Below the pieces are notes generated by a model that ran no database searches, was not told the origin of the DNA, and worked only from the letters and a program-made list of their open reading frames with translations. From an uncultured virus (IMG/VR IMGVR_UViG_3300021963_000098) (Duplodnaviria; Heunggongvirae; Uroviricota; Caudoviricetes), in the IMG/VR virus record IMGVR_UViG_3300021963_000098: a stretch of DNA of 64,000 nt; one strand, given 5' to 3'. Shown here piece by piece: positions 19,383 through 29,469 of this stretch; positions within the stretch are counted from its first letter, which is position 1; every line of letters begins with the position of its first letter. The position numbers and the translations under genes are program-made.

Positions 19383-21551
19383 ATGGCTACCAGTACCACA
19401 GCACTTGGAAAAACTAGATTTGACGTTAAGGGAACCTGGAACAGCGGCTCAACTTATACCGCTGATGACATTGTGTTTTACAACGGAACATGGTTTCGTG
19501 CGTCACAAAACGTGCCGGCGGCCACGTTGCCTACCAACACAACCTACTGGGGTGTGTGGAGCCAAGGATTCAACTGGCGCGGAACACATGTAAACACCAC
19601 AGGAACCACATACAAGCTGTATGACACTGTGCGCTATGTAAGCACAGTGACCAACTCTGCAATAACCACATATCGTAGATCAGAGTCAGAAGTATATGTG
19701 TGTATTGCTGACCACACCTGTGATGGCACCAACACATACTTGCCATTGAGCACCACATACTGGCAACCCATCAGCACTCAAAACAACCGACCAAATTCCG
19801 TCACAGTGGGCACAGGTGTAAGCCTGGACAACTATGGCGTCTGGGGCCAAGATCCACGTAAATGTGTTTTATTTGCCAACAAAGGTATCGTCGGCGAAAG
19901 CACAGATCCCACAGTTAGCAGACACTATGCATTGGGTGTGGGCAAGCATTGTACAGACAAATATGCAGGTATGAATTGGATACAATCAGATGGTGGTGTT
20001 GGTTGGGTAGGCGCCAGCACCAGCGGTCAAAGCGGAACAGGCAGCGACAATGGGTCATTTCCGTCATCTAGCTCGTTGACATTCTTCTTTCACGACTGGT
20101 ATCGATCAACCTCAAATGGCGGATCAGGTGTTCATTATACGCCAGACAACCAGTTGCCACGTTGTATACAGTTAGAAGCAGGGTATGATTGGTGCAAGGC
20201 CTTGTTCAACAACGGCGAAGTGTACTCATGGGGATACAATGGCAACTACGAAGGTGGCAACAGGACTACTTCTCAAATGAATGCGCCCGTAAGAGCTGGC
20301 GGCACATATACAGAAGTGGCCTTGGCGGCGTCTACAACCACACATACCCTGCGTGACACACGCATTGTTCGGATCAGTTCCTCAGGTGGACACGGATACA
20401 ATGCGTCAACACACCACACGCTGGCCTTGGATGATGGTGGCGGCGTATGGTCCTGGGGCTACAATGCCTATGGTCAATGCGGTGTTGGTACCACAACCAG
20501 CGTTCAGGTTCCAACAAAGATCACACAAACACTTTTCAACAGTCGTCCTATCACTGGTATTTGGGCATTTGGCGGTGACTATGCCTGGAACTTTGCAGTG
20601 AATGATCTCAACGTTCTCTATGTTTGGGGAGCAAATCACACTGGTCAATTGGGCACAGGTTCAACCTCCACTGGTATCACTACTCCTGTGGCAATCACAG
20701 GTATTACCTGGGATGAATCAGCTGGCGGCGCAGGTTTCATTAGAAAGATAGTGAGCATGCGCGGCGTCAACGTAACAGGACAAGGCAGCACAGCAATTTT
20801 GACCAGCAAGGGTCGAGTATATGTTGCAGGATCACAGGCAACTGGTCAGTTCATGATTGCCAGCACATCACAGACCAATACCTGGACTCAGTGCACCAGC
20901 GGCCCTGGTTCTTCGGCAGGAGCAGGCGCTCGAGACGTGTGGTTGTATGGAGATCCCAACAACGGCTGCATGATGGTGCGTGACAACGTGGACGGTACCA
21001 CCTGGGTAGCTGGATACAACGGTCAGTACCTGCTGGGTGAAGGCACTGCAACCAACAGTTCAATCGCGGTGAAAGCTCGTCGCAGAGAACGTGGTCAAAC
21101 CATTGACTTGCTCAATGTAAAAGACCTTGCACACATCTCTTGTGGAACATATCAAAGTTGCATAGTATTAACCGACAGCGGATTTATATATGGTGCCGGA
21201 TATAACGGTAACGGGCAGCTGGCACTAGGTCCTACTTCGACTTGGCAACAAAGCGTTACTAGTGATTCCAATGGATATGAACTTGAAAATGCCCAAGCAT
21301 TTTGGTTACCAAGCAGAATACCGCCAGGTGCTGCCGGCAAGATTATAGCATTGATGAGCAGTGGTACCAAGAGCAATGCGGCAAACAATTACGGACAGTT
21401 CTGGTTTGTGACCAACACCGGTAGATTATTTTCTGTAGGTAATGGCGGCACCAGTCAAGGTTATGCTGTGCTAGGACAAGTTAGTTATTCATCAGGACAA
21501 TCAGATGCCAACCACGATCTATCGATGTGGCGTGCCATTTTGCAAGACTAA
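19383..21551 (+). CDS. RCC1/BLIP-II-like beta-propeller protein 1
   Basis: N-term KGTW...Y.ADDIV module; repeated G.V(Y/W)SWGYN.YGQ.G.G motifs. Confidence 0.8.
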   Translation: MATSTTALGKTRFDVKGTWNSGSTYTADDIVFYNGTWFRASQNVPAATLPTNTTYWGVWSQGFNWRGTHVNTTGTTYKLYDTVRYVSTVTNSAITTYRRSESEVYVCIADHTCDGTNTYLPLSTTYWQPISTQNNRPNSVTVGTGVSLDNYGVWGQDPRKCVLFANKGIVGESTDPTVSRHYALGVGKHCTDKYAGMNWIQSDGGVGWVGASTSGQSGTGSDNGSFPSSSSLTFFFHDWYRSTSNGGSGVHYTPDNQLPRCIQLEAGYDWCKALFNNGEVYSWGYNGNYEGGNRTTSQMNAPVRAGGTYTEVALAASTTTHTLRDTRIVRISSSGGHGYNASTHHTLALDDGGGVWSWGYNAYGQCGVGTTTSVQVPTKITQTLFNSRPITGIWAFGGDYAWNFAVNDLNVLYVWGANHTGQLGTGSTSTGITTPVAITGITWDESAGGAGFIRKIVSMRGVNVTGQGSTAILTSKGRVYVAGSQATGQFMIASTSQTNTWTQCTSGPGSSAGAGARDVWLYGDPNNGCMMVRDNVDGTTWVAGYNGQYLLGEGTATNSSIAVKARRRERGQTIDLLNVKDLAHISCGTYQSCIVLTDSGFIYGAGYNGNGQLALGPTSTWQQSVTSDSNGYELENAQAFWLPSRIPPGAAGKIIALMSSGTKSNAANNYGQFWFVTNTGRLFSVGNGGTSQGYAVLGQVSYSSGQSDANHDLSMWRAILQD

Positions 21552-21575
21552 ATACAAGATCAGGAAGATTAAAAA

Positions 21576-24011
21576 ATGCCAACAACAATAGATCTAGGAA
21601 AAGTCAAATTAACCTATAGAGGCACATGGAGTGCTGGAAATACCTATGAGGCAAATGACATAGTAAGCAACAACAGTGCAATATGGATTTGTACACAGGG
21701 CTATACTAGTGTAGCTGGTAATCGCCGCGCACCAGGGCTAAGAGATCGTACTACAGCATATGGCGTGCCACTTAATACTACAGTACCAGTGGATACGTAT
21801 TTCTTGACAAAGACCCTGGTTTCAGTTCCTGTTGGTAGCAAATTTTTCATTGATGGTCGTCGTGCTCCTCCGCAGTCCGGGCAAGGATCACCAATCACGC
21901 TGTATCGTGGACAAACATATCGTTTTCAAACATACCACTCATCCATGAGCGGTGTGAACTTTCGTTTTGCAACAACCACTGATGGCACTACATACAGCAG
22001 TGGTGTAACAGTAGTTGGCACACCGGGTATCACAGGATCTTATGTGCAGATCACAGTGCCATATGACGCACCAAACACATTGTACTACAAGCAAGACACA
22101 GTGAGTGGTGTGGCTGACACAGGATATTTTACCATTGCTGACAGCTGGGAAGGCTACAACCACTGGGAACTAGTAAGCGAAGGGTTTGCGTGGAAAGGCA
22201 CTTACAATAATTCCTTGCAATACTATCGCAACGATCTAGTTGAACTAGGCGGAACACTGTATATTGCAAGAGGCGATTCTCTAGGACAACGTCCTAATAT
22301 GGTGATGCAAAATGTGGTGTCACTAACTACACTGCCAAACACGAGAAACTCATGGGCACCTTTTAGTTACAACGGTGCACAGCGCAATCCCGGGTATGGG
22401 CAATGGTTTCCCAACAAGGGACCAATCGACTGGCCATACCCACACAGCAACAACAGCAACAAGGCCTGGTATCAAAACATACAGTGGATTTCAAAAAACG
22501 GCCGTGTGCACTCAAGTGGATCAGGCAGCGGTGGCAGCAACGGCTGGGGTAACGACAGGCAGTCAAATTTTGCCATGGAAGTCAAATTCCATCACCAGAC
22601 CTGGGAACGCAGTAGAGATTCGTTACATGATGCAACAACCACAACTTCGGGTAGTACTAACGGTATAGACTATCTACAAAAACGAACTGGATTTAATAAT
22701 GATCTATATGGTCGATATCAGCTTGCGCAAACATCACATGGTCAAAAGCCACGTTGTATCCAGATAGAAGGAAACTACACACATAGAATGTACTTGTTTG
22801 ACAACGGCGAAGTTCACTTTGCTGGTTCAACTGGTTCAGGTACATCCGGTGATGGTGCCAACGGCAGCAGTAATTATGGTGCCATGTTGGTCAAAGGCTT
22901 TGAAAACTGCAAGATTAAAAAGATCTCAGGAGCCGGGGAAACAGACTCAAGCACACATTATCTAGCACTAGACGAAGAAGGTCGTGTGTGGTCATGGGGA
23001 TACAATGCCTGGGGTCAGCTGGGCACAGGTGACAACGACAACCGCTATGCGCCATGGCGAATCCCAAAAGAATGGTTTGGCAATCAACGAATAGTTGACA
23101 TTGTTGTGTCTGGTGCTTCTAGCGGTGCTTCCAGCTATGCTCGTACAGAATCCGGAGAATTGTGGTCATGGGGCTACAACAATGTGGGGCAGTTAGGACT
23201 AGGCGACACAACCAACCGCTGGAGACCAAACAAGATCACAGCATGGGATGCTGCCACAAACGGCGGCATCGTAAAATGGCAGGTTGGAGAATCAAGCAAC
23301 ACGTCATATGATTTCATGGTACTTGATGGCGCCGGATACATGTGGCATGCCGGCTCTAATAACTATGGACAAGCAGGCACAGCTGATACTACACAGCATA
23401 ACACCCTGGTACGCAGTACAGTTGCACCCACAGCAGGCTTTATCAACAATATCTGGGTTGTGTCAGCCAACGGTTACAACATGACATGGCAACGTCATAC
23501 CAATGGAGCCACATACTTCTGTGGTTACAATTCTTCAGGTTACTATCATTCAGGTGTAACAGGATCCAACGTGAGTTTGAGCACACCAACTCTGGTTGCT
23601 ACCATAACCAATCTGCGCCAAGTATATTGTGTCACTACCTACTCAAACTACATGCGTACTGTGTGGTTGACAGATCGTGGAGAAATGTGGGCGCAGGGAT
23701 ATGAGAACTACAGCTGGAAAGGTAATTATCTTGCTGGCGCACCCAGCACAGTGGAAAATGGAGCCACCCAGACTCCGCATCGCATGGGCATACCAGCAGG
23801 AACACGTGTGTTAGATGTTTGGTTCACAAGCGACGACCAAGGATCCAGTGCATACGGTCCACACATGATGATATTGACAGACAATGGTCAAGTATGGTAT
23901 GCTGGCTCAAACTATACAGGCTACACCAGAAGCGACTCTTGGATGGGTGGCCACCGCTGGGGGCATCAAACCAGCTACCGCAATTTCCAACCAATTACAA
24001 AAGGAAGATAA
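21576..24011 (+). CDS. RCC1/BLIP-II-like beta-propeller protein 2
   Basis: IDLGKVKLTYRGTW start; GRVWSWGYNAWGQLGTG repeats. Confidence 0.8.
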   Translation: MPTTIDLGKVKLTYRGTWSAGNTYEANDIVSNNSAIWICTQGYTSVAGNRRAPGLRDRTTAYGVPLNTTVPVDTYFLTKTLVSVPVGSKFFIDGRRAPPQSGQGSPITLYRGQTYRFQTYHSSMSGVNFRFATTTDGTTYSSGVTVVGTPGITGSYVQITVPYDAPNTLYYKQDTVSGVADTGYFTIADSWEGYNHWELVSEGFAWKGTYNNSLQYYRNDLVELGGTLYIARGDSLGQRPNMVMQNVVSLTTLPNTRNSWAPFSYNGAQRNPGYGQWFPNKGPIDWPYPHSNNSNKAWYQNIQWISKNGRVHSSGSGSGGSNGWGNDRQSNFAMEVKFHHQTWERSRDSLHDATTTTSGSTNGIDYLQKRTGFNNDLYGRYQLAQTSHGQKPRCIQIEGNYTHRMYLFDNGEVHFAGSTGSGTSGDGANGSSNYGAMLVKGFENCKIKKISGAGETDSSTHYLALDEEGRVWSWGYNAWGQLGTGDNDNRYAPWRIPKEWFGNQRIVDIVVSGASSGASSYARTESGELWSWGYNNVGQLGLGDTTNRWRPNKITAWDAATNGGIVKWQVGESSNTSYDFMVLDGAGYMWHAGSNNYGQAGTADTTQHNTLVRSTVAPTAGFINNIWVVSANGYNMTWQRHTNGATYFCGYNSSGYYHSGVTGSNVSLSTPTLVATITNLRQVYCVTTYSNYMRTVWLTDRGEMWAQGYENYSWKGNYLAGAPSTVENGATQTPHRMGIPAGTRVLDVWFTSDDQGSSAYGPHMMILTDNGQVWYAGSNYTGYTRSDSWMGGHRWGHQTSYRNFQPITKGR

Positions 24012-24014
24012 ATC

Positions 24015-24440
24015 ATGGCAAGAAAGATTTTAACTTACAAAGAAATCGCAATGGAGGATTTCAATCAGCCAGTGTCAAGCGACAACACTGATACAACAGC
24101 TATCCAGTTCCTTGGAAGACATGGAGCCACAGTGGTTTTTCACTTTGATGATGAAAAAATCACCGTGCAAGAAAATGCTGAAATCAATGAACAGCGTGTA
24201 TGGAATCTTGATGATCCTGTTGAACTTGAAGAAATGAAAGTATTTGTCAAAGGCATTGACGAAGTCACTCGAAAAATTGCTGAAATCGAAGGTGAAATCA
24301 ACAATGTCAACACATTCAAATTGTTCAAAGGCATCATTGACAACGACGCCGAAGTCATTGCAATAATCAATGCAATTGATACAAAGCGCGGTGAGTGGCT
24401 TGCAAGTGTTGGCCTGGTTGGCAACAGCATAATTAGCTAA
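24015..24440 (+). CDS. Hypothetical acidic protein
   Basis: 141-aa ORF with AGGA RBS filling the gap between two propeller genes. Confidence 0.6.
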   Translation: MARKILTYKEIAMEDFNQPVSSDNTDTTAIQFLGRHGATVVFHFDDEKITVQENAEINEQRVWNLDDPVELEEMKVFVKGIDEVTRKIAEIEGEINNVNTFKLFKGIIDNDAEVIAIINAIDTKRGEWLASVGLVGNSIIS

Positions 24441-24452
24441 TGAGGAAAACAA

Positions 24453-26651
24453 ATGATTGACGTTACCAAACTGAAAAATCGCTGGCTAGGTGAATGGGAA
24501 CCACAGTACCGATACGTTAAAAATGACGTGATACAGTGGAAGGGCTCGACCTATGTGTGTTTGAGAGATATCCCCCTGGAGTACATTTCAGTAATGGATA
24601 ACTCAGTCAACACCAACAACTATCATGCATTTGCTCCAAGCATTTTTCTTAAAACCAAAGATCCAACAGACACAACATTTTGGCTGTTGTTTGCTCCAGG
24701 CACAAATTTCAAAGATCAGTGGGCTCCATTCCGTCGTTACGAAAAGGGTGATATCGTTGACTTGTACGGTGACATTTATGTGTGCACAGCCAATACATAC
24801 ACACCTTATGGTACCAACACTCCATCATATATTGCAAAAAACACATATCCAACAGACACAAACTATTGGACATTGATGTTCCAGGCAGCAGACAGAGACC
24901 GTAGAAACATGGCTGTGCAAACCTGGAATCAACAGCCACTGGGCTGGACCCGTAACGGCGGGGGCGGCAGATATCACACGGGTGAAAGCAGTGGTCCATC
25001 AAACAGATTTGGTTACATTGATGTTGAAGGTACACCAAATATTGGTGGATACAAGAGCCAGGGCACAGGTACAGGGTCATCGTCAACCGGTTATACCAGC
25101 TATGGCTGGTATCAAACAGCATTCTTGTACACAGGCTGGCAAGATTCAACACAAAATGGCGGTACTGGACGCTTGACAACTCCGGATGGTGAAGCACCCA
25201 AGTGTGTTCAGTGGCTTTATACCAACGATGACTATAGTATTTGGTTGATGAACAACGGCGAAGTTTATGCATCGGGGTTCAACAGCCAGGGACAGCTAGG
25301 CAATCTTACAACCAGCGCCTACTCTCATCCTGTTCGTTCATATGCAACAGACACAACGGACTGGTTGGGCAACACCATCCCTTACACTTTTGCCAACAGC
25401 AAAATTATCAAAGTGGCAGTTAGTTCGATGGGATCATCAAGTGCGCCCAGTGTGTTTGCGCTGGACGACATTGGACAGGTGTGGGCATGGGGCTACAATG
25501 CCTACGGACAACTGGGCTTTGGATCTGATAATACCACTACCGGTTCATTTGGTAACATGCGAACAGATCAAACAAGGCCACGTTGTATTCCACGCAGTCA
25601 TTTTGGCGGTAAAAAGATTGTTGACATCTACTCACAGGGTTGCAGTCAATCAGCACAGTTTGCCATTGACGAAGACGGCGGCTTGTGGGCATGGGGATGT
25701 GAAGGCTGGGGCGAATTGGGTCTAGGGCAACGTTCAGGTTCACCCAGTTCTGGTTACAGCTTTTATCATACGCCGCGCCAGGTGCCAGTTGATTTCAACC
25801 AGTACGGCGGAATCCAAAAGATCTTCATGTGTTTCTATGGCACCTCCAGCTATCGCTTTACCATGATACTGGATGGTGAAGGCAAGATTTGGTTGGGCGG
25901 GTATCAGCAAACCAACTCGGGCGGCGCAAACATGTGGTCAAACGTCACTGGTGCTAGTGGACTGTATTCGGGCAAATTTATTAGACTAAACAAAGGATGG
26001 TGGAGAGATCACGACATTGAAAACTTCTGGTTGGTGGGAGATGCATATACGTGGACCATGTACATTAGAGAAAAAGCCACAGGTATCACCTACAGTTGTG
26101 GTAACAACTATGCTGGTATATTGGGACATCAATCTAACCACACTTATTGGAAACAGTCAGGTGGATTCAAAATCGAACCAGGTCGTGTGGAAGGTGTGCA
26201 CAACCTGGTTGATGCCTGGAACAATCAAGAAGGCCAGACATCAAGTGATACCGGAAGCTCTTATCAAACTGTGGTGTTGTTGACAGAAAATGGCGAATGC
26301 TGGGGACAAGGCCTTAACCCGTATGGTAGCCTTGGGCTAGGTTATGCTGGACAAAGCTATCTGCCAATGCAATTTAACGAAACGTACCAGCACAATAACT
26401 TATTCCAGAAGATTCCAGCACCCGATGGATATAACTCACAGTTCATTGGTGGCCTCGGCTGGGGCAACTCCACATACGATGGTGGGATGTATTTGACCAA
26501 CTCTGGACGATGCATGATTGCAGGTACAGATGGTAGCACCTATCACACCACCTATCAAGGGCATTACTGGACTTTGCGCTACTATCAAAGTGCAATCTCA
26601 GACCCAGGAGCATATCACAGGTACCACATACACGGCTACCCTGGCGGATAA
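24453..26651 (+). CDS. RCC1/BLIP-II-like beta-propeller protein 3
   Basis: WLGEW...Y.KNDVI start; GQVWAWGYNAYGQLG repeats. Confidence 0.8.
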   Translation: MIDVTKLKNRWLGEWEPQYRYVKNDVIQWKGSTYVCLRDIPLEYISVMDNSVNTNNYHAFAPSIFLKTKDPTDTTFWLLFAPGTNFKDQWAPFRRYEKGDIVDLYGDIYVCTANTYTPYGTNTPSYIAKNTYPTDTNYWTLMFQAADRDRRNMAVQTWNQQPLGWTRNGGGGRYHTGESSGPSNRFGYIDVEGTPNIGGYKSQGTGTGSSSTGYTSYGWYQTAFLYTGWQDSTQNGGTGRLTTPDGEAPKCVQWLYTNDDYSIWLMNNGEVYASGFNSQGQLGNLTTSAYSHPVRSYATDTTDWLGNTIPYTFANSKIIKVAVSSMGSSSAPSVFALDDIGQVWAWGYNAYGQLGFGSDNTTTGSFGNMRTDQTRPRCIPRSHFGGKKIVDIYSQGCSQSAQFAIDEDGGLWAWGCEGWGELGLGQRSGSPSSGYSFYHTPRQVPVDFNQYGGIQKIFMCFYGTSSYRFTMILDGEGKIWLGGYQQTNSGGANMWSNVTGASGLYSGKFIRLNKGWWRDHDIENFWLVGDAYTWTMYIREKATGITYSCGNNYAGILGHQSNHTYWKQSGGFKIEPGRVEGVHNLVDAWNNQEGQTSSDTGSSYQTVVLLTENGECWGQGLNPYGSLGLGYAGQSYLPMQFNETYQHNNLFQKIPAPDGYNSQFIGGLGWGNSTYDGGMYLTNSGRCMIAGTDGSTYHTTYQGHYWTLRYYQSAISDPGAYHRYHIHGYPGG

Positions 26652-26663
26652 GGAGTCGACCCT

Positions 26664-27074
26664 ATGAGTTGGATCGACTCTCTACTAGAACGCACACCAA
26701 AAACCCTACGCTTCAAAGGCGTAGGGATTCGCAGTCAATCAGTAGCTGTACGACTGCTGGACACAGTCCCTGTGGAACTGGATCTCTTCTTTCATTCAGA
26801 CGTTTCTTCGGCCAACTATGTTGTGTTGGCCGAAACAGCCAGCGGTCTCAAAGAAACACTGCAAGTGAATGTGATTGCTGGCATCTCCGAAGATCGTCTT
26901 TCCTATCAAGGTCGAGTAGCAGTGTATGGTCGTGTTAATTTTGGCACACAGCTACTGGACATCAACTGTGTGGTAGACTCATCCAAGTGTTCTGTGCAGG
27001 CCACTCCCAGTGTAGCAGAAGATGTGCTGGTAAAGATATTCCCTGTATACATGGAGACCATCTATGGCGGTTAA
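26664..27074 (+). CDS. Hypothetical virion protein
   Basis: 136-aa ORF with AGGAG RBS. Confidence 0.55.
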   Translation: MSWIDSLLERTPKTLRFKGVGIRSQSVAVRLLDTVPVELDLFFHSDVSSANYVVLAETASGLKETLQVNVIAGISEDRLSYQGRVAVYGRVNFGTQLLDINCVVDSSKCSVQATPSVAEDVLVKIFPVYMETIYGG

Positions 27075-28899
27075 TGCACAGCAAGTCAAGTTTGAGTCAG
27101 ACTATGGTTTCAATGTACCAGGTATAAATCTCAATCCAGACGGCAGTCTAGTTGCGACCAGTCTGCGTGGCGGAGACCTCTTGGTCAGCGGAACCACCGT
27201 GGCCGCACAAGGCACAAACAAAACAATCACCCTTACTCCAACAGGTACAGGCATAGTCAATGTGGTTGGCACACTGGTTGCTACCCAATTTATTGGAGCT
27301 GGTATAGCGGCAGCATTGGGTGATACACCACCTGCATCTCCACCACCATTGCCAGGCACCTTGTGGTTCAATACCAGCACTGGCAAGCTGTATGTGTACT
27401 ACAACGATGGTAACAGTTCACAATGGGTCCAGCCAATGAGTCCCAGTGTGGGCGGCGCTGGACTTGGTGGAGGCGGGGGCTCAGGCACTGTGTCCACAGG
27501 ATCTGCTGGAAAATTGGCCTATTATCCTGCCAGCGGAACTACAATCGATGATCTAGCTGAAGTGTATTGGCACACCCATGGCGGCGCCAGCATGTTGCAT
27601 GTTGACGGTTTGCTGGAAGTTTCAGGTCAAAAAAACAAAATTAGATTCCACTGGGACACGCTGGCAGATCTCAATGCAGAAGTAAACCCATCGACCTGGC
27701 ACGGCATGATAGCACATGTGCATGAAACCGGTCGTGTGTATTTTGCTCACTCAGGTGCATGGACACCACTGGCCAATCAAGCAGAAATAACAACTCCAAC
27801 TGTGACCAACATTGTTGCAGGCGACAACATCACAGTATCAAATGCTTCGGGCGTGTTTACTATCAACGCAGTAACCGGCGGCGGTGGTGGTGGCATAACA
27901 CTGGAACAAGCACAAGATGGCACTGCCACACTGTTTCAAAACGGCACTCATGTGGGTATCAACTACAATTATGTTGATGCATCTAACGCACTAAGCCTAT
28001 CAATAGACAGCTCTGTGGTTGCGTTGCTGACCTCAGCTCAAACACTTACAAACAAAACAATCAGCGGCGCCAGCAACACTCTTACCAACATTGGCAATGC
28101 ATCGTTGACCAACAGCAGTATAACCATCAACGGCACAGCGGTCAGCCTTGGTGGTTCTATCACTGTAAGCGGCGGCGCAGCCGGCAACTTGGATTCATTG
28201 ACTGATGTGGTGATAACCAGCCCGTCTCTAAACCAGGTGCTAAAGTACAATGGCACAAACTGGGTCAACGACACTGATGCAACCAGCGGAGGTGGTGGAA
28301 CCAGCAACAGTTTTGAAACCATTGCAGTGGCTGGCCAAACTTCAGTGGTGGCAGATTCAGCAACCGACACATTGACCTTGGTAGCAGGCACAGGCATCAC
28401 TATAACCACAGTGGCCGGCACAGATACTATTACCATTGCCAGTTCAGTTTCCTCGGGCGCCACAGCATTCACAGGATTATCGGACGTTTCCACAGCAGGA
28501 TTGACTGTGGATCGTATATATCTGCCTGCTATCACCATGCTGGATGTCACAGCCAATGGTACCACGGCTTATAGATTTGATCAGTACGGTGCTGTGGATG
28601 ATCCTACAATATATGCCATCAGTGGCACTACCATAGCATTCAATTTAGCAGGAGCTTCTGGGCATCCTTTCTTGGTCAGAACTTCAGGCGGCGTCAATTT
28701 CAACACAGGACTAGTACATGTCAGCACCTCCGGTGTGGTCAGTACTGGATCAGCCGCTCAAGGCAAAACGTCGGGTACACTGTACTGGAAAATTCCTGCT
28801 GACAGTGCTGGTGCAGGGACGACGAACTATCAATATATCTGTGGAAGTCATGCATCGATGGTGGGCGTAATTACTGTTAAAGATATTGGTGTTGTATAA
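27064..28899 (+). CDS. Tail fibre-like protein with C-terminal cupredoxin-like domain
   Basis: GTLWFNT..G.LYVYY.DG.S.QWV, QTLTNKTI, C-term GHPF...YQYICGSHASMVG. Confidence 0.7.
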   Translation: MAVNAQQVKFESDYGFNVPGINLNPDGSLVATSLRGGDLLVSGTTVAAQGTNKTITLTPTGTGIVNVVGTLVATQFIGAGIAAALGDTPPASPPPLPGTLWFNTSTGKLYVYYNDGNSSQWVQPMSPSVGGAGLGGGGGSGTVSTGSAGKLAYYPASGTTIDDLAEVYWHTHGGASMLHVDGLLEVSGQKNKIRFHWDTLADLNAEVNPSTWHGMIAHVHETGRVYFAHSGAWTPLANQAEITTPTVTNIVAGDNITVSNASGVFTINAVTGGGGGGITLEQAQDGTATLFQNGTHVGINYNYVDASNALSLSIDSSVVALLTSAQTLTNKTISGASNTLTNIGNASLTNSSITINGTAVSLGGSITVSGGAAGNLDSLTDVVITSPSLNQVLKYNGTNWVNDTDATSGGGGTSNSFETIAVAGQTSVVADSATDTLTLVAGTGITITTVAGTDTITIASSVSSGATAFTGLSDVSTAGLTVDRIYLPAITMLDVTANGTTAYRFDQYGAVDDPTIYAISGTTIAFNLAGASGHPFLVRTSGGVNFNTGLVHVSTSGVVSTGSAAQGKTSGTLYWKIPADSAGAGTTNYQYICGSHASMVGVITVKDIGVV

Positions 28900-28926
28900 A
28901 CTAAATATGCTGTATAGGATAAACAC

Positions 28927-29466
28927 ATGGCCATAAATTTTCCAAACGATCCAGCAGTAAATGATACTATCACAGTTGATGCCAACACCTGGGTTTGGAA
29001 CGGGGTCACATGGGCAGTACAACCAATCTCTTCACCCAGTTTTGTCGACGTTAGTGCTACAGGAACTATCACTGGTGATGTTGTAGCCAGCTATGTAGAA
29101 GCCAGTGGTGTAGGCAACAAAATACGATTTTATTTTGAAGATGTTACCAGTTTCCCCAATGCCACAGTGTGGGAAGGCAGCTTGGCCTATGCCAACAACA
29201 CATCAAAAATATACTATGCCAACGGCTCAACCTGGCAAGAACTTGCCAGACCAGAGTCTGGAATCAACACAACAGATGCTTCCAGCTTTAGCAATGTGAC
29301 CATAACTGGCGGATCAATAAATGGTACTCCAATTGGTGCATCAACGCCTGCTGCCGCTACGTTTACTTCTGCCAGCGTATCTGCTGTGCCAACATTGGCA
29401 AATCAGCTAACTAATAAGAGATACGTGGATCAACAGCTTTACCTAGCGATTGCGCTGTCAGGATAA
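28927..29466 (+). CDS. Virion fibre-like protein
   Basis: MAINFP.DP...TW.WNG.TW start; ends TNKRYVD..LYLAIALSG. Confidence 0.65.
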   Translation: MAINFPNDPAVNDTITVDANTWVWNGVTWAVQPISSPSFVDVSATGTITGDVVASYVEASGVGNKIRFYFEDVTSFPNATVWEGSLAYANNTSKIYYANGSTWQELARPESGINTTDASSFSNVTITGGSINGTPIGASTPAAATFTSASVSAVPTLANQLTNKRYVDQQLYLAIALSG

Positions 29467-29469
29467 AAA

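Noticed and set aside
15242..26651. Diversity-generating retroelement acting on propeller or Mtd-like genes
   Set aside because: No reverse transcriptase and no adenine-only-mismatch TR/VR pair seen in the window
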